In this document: positions 6,063-10,570 of the stretch, in pieces
Position numbering within the stretch: the first letter of the stretch is position 1
Layout of the letters: every line of letters starts with the position of its first letter
Source of the DNA: Fidelibacterota bacterium
Lineage (GTDB): Bacteria; Fidelibacterota; Marinisomatia; Marinisomatales; TCS56
Direction: 5' to 3'
DNA length: 10,570 bases
Assembly: GCA_043822705.1 (NCBI GenBank)
Contig: JBDRBK010000058.1
Span: forward strand, 1-10,570
Program-made: the position numbers and the translations under genes
The notes under the pieces: model-generated
The model's database searches: none
What the model saw: the letters and a program-made list of their open reading frames with translations, nothing else
What the model was told of the DNA's origin: nothing

Positions 6063-6602
6063 TTATTTTTTCTTCTCGCCTTCCTTCTCTAGTACTTTTG
6101 CGTTCAATTTGTTGACGTCACTCTGGATCGCGGCCACGGCCTGTTCGATGTCGGAAAGCTGCCGCGTCAGGCGCCGGCGATAGGAATCAAAACTTTCCTG
6201 CAGGTCGCGCTGGTCGCGTCCCAGGTCCGCCAACTCTTTCTCCGTTTTGCGCTGGAAATCGTCCAGGTTGAACTGCACCTCATTGATCAGGACGGCCAGC
6301 GAATCGGTATTCCTGTCGATCAGTTCGGTGTTGCTGATGATATCCTTCTGGGCCTTGGCCACATGTTTGCCGCGCCCGATGAATTCGAGATTGAGTTTTC
6401 GCAGGTCTTCCCGGAATTCGGTGTTTACCATATCCACATGCGTATTGATGATCGGTTCTTCCACGCTGGCTTTCTTGTACAGGCTCTCGGAGGCCAGAAC
6501 GGCCATGATATCCAATATCTGGGTATAAGTATACTGAATATAGCCACCGCCGATAAGTAAAACGATTATCAACCCAAATATGATTTTATCCTTAGCACTC
6601 AT
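6063..6602 (-). CDS. Hypothetical protein with an N-terminal TM helix and a long coiled coil
   Basis: An IIFGLIIVLLIGGGYI anchor precedes a heptad-rich charged C-terminal region. There is a GGGGA SD upstream, host-like codon usage and a terminator downstream. Confidence 0.8.
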   Translation of the reverse strand: MSAKDKIIFGLIIVLLIGGGYIQYTYTQILDIMAVLASESLYKKASVEEPIINTHVDMVNTEFREDLRKLNLEFIGRGKHVAKAQKDIISNTELIDRNTDSLAVLINEVQFNLDDFQRKTEKELADLGRDQRDLQESFDSYRRRLTRQLSDIEQAVAAIQSDVNKLNAKVLEKEGEKKK

Positions 6603-6623
6603 AGTATCCCCTATTTGTGGTTA

Positions 6624-6947
6624 TTAGCCCAAAGCCTCCAGCTTTTTCTCCCATTTACTCTTGGAAGAATCGTCTTCCGTAGGTTCAGCAAGAGACGATT
6701 GATCGGGTCCGGATTTTCCGGTTTTAATATCCTGGAGCATTTGTTGTTTCAACTCCAGGTTTTCCTTCAGTTGCAGCATCAGTTGGCTGACTTCGTCATT
6801 AAAATCCTTGATGGTATTCTGAAGCCGGTCCACCAGTTCGTCCATCAATGCTTTGCCGTAGGTATCATTGATGCCAACCAGCAAATCATCCAGTTTTGCG
6901 GACAGATAATCCCGGCGACCTTCTTCTTTTTGAAAATCTAATGACAT
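6624..6947 (-). CDS. Hypothetical small acidic helical protein
   Basis: A 107-aa ATG ORF of natural composition, co-oriented with the next gene and 21 nt from it. Confidence 0.75.
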   Translation of the reverse strand: MSLDFQKEEGRRDYLSAKLDDLLVGINDTYGKALMDELVDRLQNTIKDFNDEVSQLMLQLKENLELKQQMLQDIKTGKSGPDQSSLAEPTEDDSSKSKWEKKLEALG

Positions 6948-7073
6948 TTTTCTAATCGAGTTTAGCTACGCTAAGGTCAAATTTAAAATCGAATTTATTT
7001 AATCCAGCGTCAAAAAACATCCAATGATTGACTGCGGCGATCGGCCGGTCTGATACTGTACAGCGACGGAACA

Positions 7074-7529
7074 TCAGTCCGACCCGGTATATTCACTGTA
7101 TCCCAGGCGCCGGAACTCCCGCTCGACCGGTTCCATGATCCGCCCCTGCAGCGCCAGTGGCAGGCGGTCCTGAACATCGGTATCCACCATGGATTTGCCA
7201 AAAAGCGACAGTTCCGATCCACGTTTATAGATGAATTGTTGCGCGCTGATGAAAACCTCGATCCGGTCGGCAACCCGCACGATCAAAACATAATCGTAGC
7301 GGCGCAGGGAATATTTTGCCGACTGCAAACCGGTGGCGATCAGATTACTCTCGGGTGCGTAGACATCGATCTGGTAACCCAAATCTTCCAGGACCTGCTT
7401 GGTGGTGGTCAGCGCCGCCGCCTGATAGCCCGGGTAATCGAATTTCCAGGCCATGCGGGGCGCATCCGGGCAGGAAGATAGCTGTATCGCCAGGACGATG
7501 GCGCCGACGGCCCGCAGATTACCGATCAT
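7074..7529 (-). CDS. Hypothetical lipoprotein
   Basis: The signal peptide ends in a lipobox (LAIQLSS-C, Cys20). The gene starts 6 nt after the stop of the preceding gene. Confidence 0.75.
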   Translation of the reverse strand: MIGNLRAVGAIVLAIQLSSCPDAPRMAWKFDYPGYQAAALTTTKQVLEDLGYQIDVYAPESNLIATGLQSAKYSLRRYDYVLIVRVADRIEVFISAQQFIYKRGSELSLFGKSMVDTDVQDRLPLALQGRIMEPVEREFRRLGYSEYTGSD

Positions 7530-7535
7530 GCCGGA

Positions 7536-8459
7536 TCAGTAAATGTCAAATATGCTGGGTAATTTATCCGCCCGTTCCGACAACGGCTGGTAATACAGGT
7601 AGTCAGGATTGTAATAGACCAGCTTCAGCATGCTGTGATTGCCTTCGAATATGGGCAGGTTGAAACCACTGTACTGGACCAGACTGCTCAACAGCAATTC
7701 GATCCGCACCGGTATCGGCGCCCACGATGAACGATAGAACGCGCGGGTAAAATTGACATCCAACTGGTCGTTGTACGACGGTGACGGTCCGGTGAACAGT
7801 TGATTCGTATTGACCGGGAAGCCGTAGATTTCCGAGATATTTTTTTCGATCCGCGAGAAAAGTTCGATCTGTTTGTCAATATCATTCTGATCGATCATGA
7901 AATCCAGTTCCACTTTCCAGAAGCCGCTGTCGGCAAAGTGATAGGACATTTCGACGTTATCCGGACCCAGGCGGACGGCCAGACGAATGACCAAGCTGTC
8001 GCGGGCGATGATCGATTTAGCGTAGGCCAGCCGTGGCAGGGTGCCCTTGGGACTGCCCCAGCGAAAGCTTTTATAGCCATAGCTGAGTTCCATCGGTAAC
8101 GGACCAATATCCTGCCGGATAAAATTCAAATCGGCGCTCAAATCCGGTTCGGGCGTCGGAACAGCCACCGGAATCTCTTCAACCGTGGTTTCGCTCACCA
8201 GAGTCGCGACGGCAATCTCATCGACAGCCGTATCACTGACCACAGTTTCCATGACCAGAGTGTCTGCCGGTACTTCCGGCAGCGTATCAGCCTCGGCGAA
8301 TTCCGCCAGCGAATCGATCGCCACCGTGTCCGGATCCAGCGCCTCGGAACCGGCGGTCAGCATTTCACTGACCGGATCGGTCAGGAGACTGTCATCGGCA
8401 CTGATCTGGGCAGAAAGAAAAGCGCCGCAGAGTAATGCTATGCCGAAAAGATATCTCAT
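7536..8459 (-). CDS. Hypothetical secreted protein with an acidic low-complexity N-terminal linker
   Basis: A Sec signal peptide (MRYLFGIALLCGAFLSA-Q) is followed by a D/E/T/V/A-rich region of about 90 aa and a globular C-terminal domain. A GAGGAG SD is present. Confidence 0.85.
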   Translation of the reverse strand: MRYLFGIALLCGAFLSAQISADDSLLTDPVSEMLTAGSEALDPDTVAIDSLAEFAEADTLPEVPADTLVMETVVSDTAVDEIAVATLVSETTVEEIPVAVPTPEPDLSADLNFIRQDIGPLPMELSYGYKSFRWGSPKGTLPRLAYAKSIIARDSLVIRLAVRLGPDNVEMSYHFADSGFWKVELDFMIDQNDIDKQIELFSRIEKNISEIYGFPVNTNQLFTGPSPSYNDQLDVNFTRAFYRSSWAPIPVRIELLLSSLVQYSGFNLPIFEGNHSMLKLVYYNPDYLYYQPLSERADKLPSIFDIY

Positions 8460-8520
8460 CCTGATACTCCTCTAATTTTTTCAGCAAACAATCGAATTAG
8501 CCATTGCTGCATGGCAGGTC

Positions 8521-8549
8521 AAAATACATCTACGGTAAACTTTTCGCAA
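8521..8549 (-). promoter_or_regulatory. Putative sigma70 promoter upstream of the 8459 gene
   Basis: Minus strand TTGCGA (8549-8544), 17-nt spacer, TATTTT (8526-8521). Confidence 0.5.
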
Positions 8550-8560
8550 GTTGTAAAAAT

Positions 8561-9535
8561 TTACCTAATTATTGTTCCGATCCGATTTAACCGGGGCAGC
8601 CAGGTGGTGAAGTCCAGCGACATATAGGAAAAAACCGCCTCGCCCAGGATATGGCAACGCGGCACAAAACCCCAGTAGCGCGAATCGGCGCTGTCGTCGC
8701 GGTTATCGCCCATCATCCAGTAATAATCCTGCTCGACGACATATTCCTTCAGCGCACTGACCGGTACTTCATCCAGATACAGCGATTCAATGACTGTCGG
8801 ATCAAATTTAATCAACCAGGGGGTCAGTTTGGTCCCCTGCGGAAAATATTCGCTCTGGATTTTGGCCGGCGCCGTATGTTTTTTCCGGCGGATCACGTCC
8901 TGCGGTTCGAACATGGTGAATTCATACTCAATATCGCCGCGCCGGACGGTGACGGCATGATGGTCCATCAGCATGATCGGAACCAGGTAATCCCAGCGGG
9001 TGTCGGCATCCAGCCGGATAGCGTCGCCCTGCCGGGGAATCCGCAATTCCTTGAAATAATCCCGGTTGCCCTGGTCACTGAGGAAGATTCCGCTCTGCTT
9101 CAGGTTCGACGGCAGCGTCGGCGCAACATATTTGCCTTCCGGCGGGAGCTTGAATTCGCGGCCGTTTACGTACAATTGTTTGGCGATCACCTGGACCGTG
9201 TCGCCGGGGCCGGCCACACAGCGCTTGACATATTTCTGGAATATATCCCGGGGATATTTGAATATGGTCACATCGCCCGGTTGCGGTTCCCGGAATTCCG
9301 GAAACTGGATGAACGGTATTTCAAAACCGATATCGGTATAGGGAATTCCCACCCATTCGGGTGTACGCATGCCGTATACGAATTTGGAGCCGATCAGAAA
9401 ATCACCGGTCATGATCGTGTTTTCCATGCTGCCGGTCGGGACGATATAGGCTTCGATAATGGTCGCTTTTAGCGTGAATGCGATCAGTATGATAATGCCA
9501 ATGGACTTTATTTCGCGGATTACTTTTGATTTCAT
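8561..9535 (-). CDS. lepB: Signal peptidase I
   Basis: Catalytic Ser box 'VPTGSMENT..GD', Lys box 'YVKRCVAGPGD' and box E 'MGDNRDDSADSRYWGFVP'. It has one N-terminal TM helix. Confidence 0.96.
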   Translation of the reverse strand: MKSKVIREIKSIGIIILIAFTLKATIIEAYIVPTGSMENTIMTGDFLIGSKFVYGMRTPEWVGIPYTDIGFEIPFIQFPEFREPQPGDVTIFKYPRDIFQKYVKRCVAGPGDTVQVIAKQLYVNGREFKLPPEGKYVAPTLPSNLKQSGIFLSDQGNRDYFKELRIPRQGDAIRLDADTRWDYLVPIMLMDHHAVTVRRGDIEYEFTMFEPQDVIRRKKHTAPAKIQSEYFPQGTKLTPWLIKFDPTVIESLYLDEVPVSALKEYVVEQDYYWMMGDNRDDSADSRYWGFVPRCHILGEAVFSYMSLDFTTWLPRLNRIGTIIR

Positions 9536-9585
9536 GATGGTGAATTTACTGTGCTTCCCCGATAGGAAATATCCAAAAATGATGA

Positions 9586-10518
9586 TTAATCCAACCTGAT
9601 ACCGCGGTAATGTTGCAGACGGGGTGCGCCCTGTCCGAGCCGCACCGTGATGACATCCAGCCGCAGGTTTTTGGCCGAATTGTTTTCCATCAGGTAATAT
9701 TCGATGGCATGCTGGATTCGGTTCAGTTTGGTACGATCGACTTTCTGTTCGGGAGTGCCCAATTGCTCTCTGGTTATGGTTTTTACTTCGACAAAAACGA
9801 TTTCCGTGGCCGTCTCGGCGATGATATCCAGCTCGCCGTGGTTACCGCAGATTATGTTGGTTGCGGTAATCGACAGACCCTGTTTCAGCAGTTCCAGACA
9901 GGCCAGCCTTTCCCCCCACCAGCCGATCCGGCGCTGTTTCCTCAACCAGCCGATTGTCGGCAGATAATCCGGTACCGGCCGGAAGCTGCGGCGATGAATC
10001 GGTGTGGCCAGGTATTCTTTCAATGCCGTTAGATGCTGCGGTGTTCCATAACCTTTGTGTTGAGCGAAACCATATTCCGGGAAAATCCGGTCCAGCTCCA
10101 GCATGTGGCGGTCGCGGCTGACTTTGGCGACAATCGAGGCGGCCTTGATACAATCGACTTTGGCGTCACCACCGATGATTCCCTGGTTGGGGATAATCTG
10201 GGTCGGCAGACCATAGCCGTCGACCAGTGCCCAGTCCGGCCGGATTGCCAGTCGCCCCAGCGCCATCTGCATCGCTTTGTAGGTCGCCTGCAGGATGTTC
10301 AGACGGTCGATCTCCGATTCGCCGACCCAGCCGATGCCGATCGCTCTAGCCTGCCGCTGGATTTCCTCAAATACTTTTTCGCGGTTGCGGGCGGTCATCT
10401 TCTTGGAATCCGCCAGACCGATGATACCGTGATCGTCCGGCAGAATCACCGCCGCCGCGCAGACCGGTCCGGCCAGTGGGCCTCGTCCGGCTTCGTCAAC
10501 ACCGGCGATTATTTCCAT
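9586..10518 (-). CDS. rnhB: Ribonuclease HII fused to a C-terminal YraN (UPF0102) domain
   Basis: RNase HII motifs 'AGVDEAGRGPLAGPV', 'DSKK', 'LVDG', 'GDAK...IKAASIVAKVSRD', 'HKGYGT..H' and 'HRRSF'. These continue in frame into the YraN motifs 'G.WGE..A', 'GELDII', 'IVFVEVK' and 'R.DVI.V'. The start is uncertain: I chose the ATG at 10518, but the frame is open to the window edge. Confidence 0.92.
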   Translation of the reverse strand: MEIIAGVDEAGRGPLAGPVCAAAVILPDDHGIIGLADSKKMTARNREKVFEEIQRQARAIGIGWVGESEIDRLNILQATYKAMQMALGRLAIRPDWALVDGYGLPTQIIPNQGIIGGDAKVDCIKAASIVAKVSRDRHMLELDRIFPEYGFAQHKGYGTPQHLTALKEYLATPIHRRSFRPVPDYLPTIGWLRKQRRIGWWGERLACLELLKQGLSITATNIICGNHGELDIIAETATEIVFVEVKTITREQLGTPEQKVDRTKLNRIQHAIEYYLMENNSAKNLRLDVITVRLGQGAPRLQHYRGIRLD

Positions 10519-10570
10519 GCCAGCTCGCGGATTTTCCGGCCATCGCTGCCCAACCACAGGGCGCCGGAAT

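Noticed and set aside
5941..10214. Other overlapping ORFs (e.g. 5941-6183, 6247-6528, 6615-6941, 7010-7273, 7316-7663, 8185-8475, 8651-9472, 9610-10032, 9842-10153)
   Set aside because: They are antisense or alternative-frame shadows of better-supported genes. 5941-6183 also runs through the tRNA relic and a terminator.

Overview
This is a bacterial chromosomal window. Its protein style tentatively suggests an FCB-group or Marinimicrobia-like organism, which is inference only. Most genes lie on the minus strand. In transcription order they are an RNase HII-YraN fusion, signal peptidase I (lepB), four hypothetical proteins (secreted, lipoprotein, small acidic, membrane-anchored coiled-coil), a long-chain acyl-CoA ligase, gpsA, tRNA-Arg(CCT), a TPR membrane protein, rimP and the 5' end of nusA. 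On the plus strand, tRNA-Leu(CAA) at 4531-4614 is followed by an AT-rich islet of about 1.3 kb. The islet carries three genes: a DUF3467-like protein, a RelE/BECR-like putative RNase toxin and a DUF2283-like protein. It ends in a decayed, gap-free copy of the 3' part of a tRNA-Leu (5911-5967, anticodon TAA), followed by a decayed terminator-like hairpin. The best candidate for an undescribed system is this islet, read as a three-component toxin-antitoxin-like module left from a tRNA-integrated element that has no integrase here. All family assignments come from motif recognition by eye; no searches were run.
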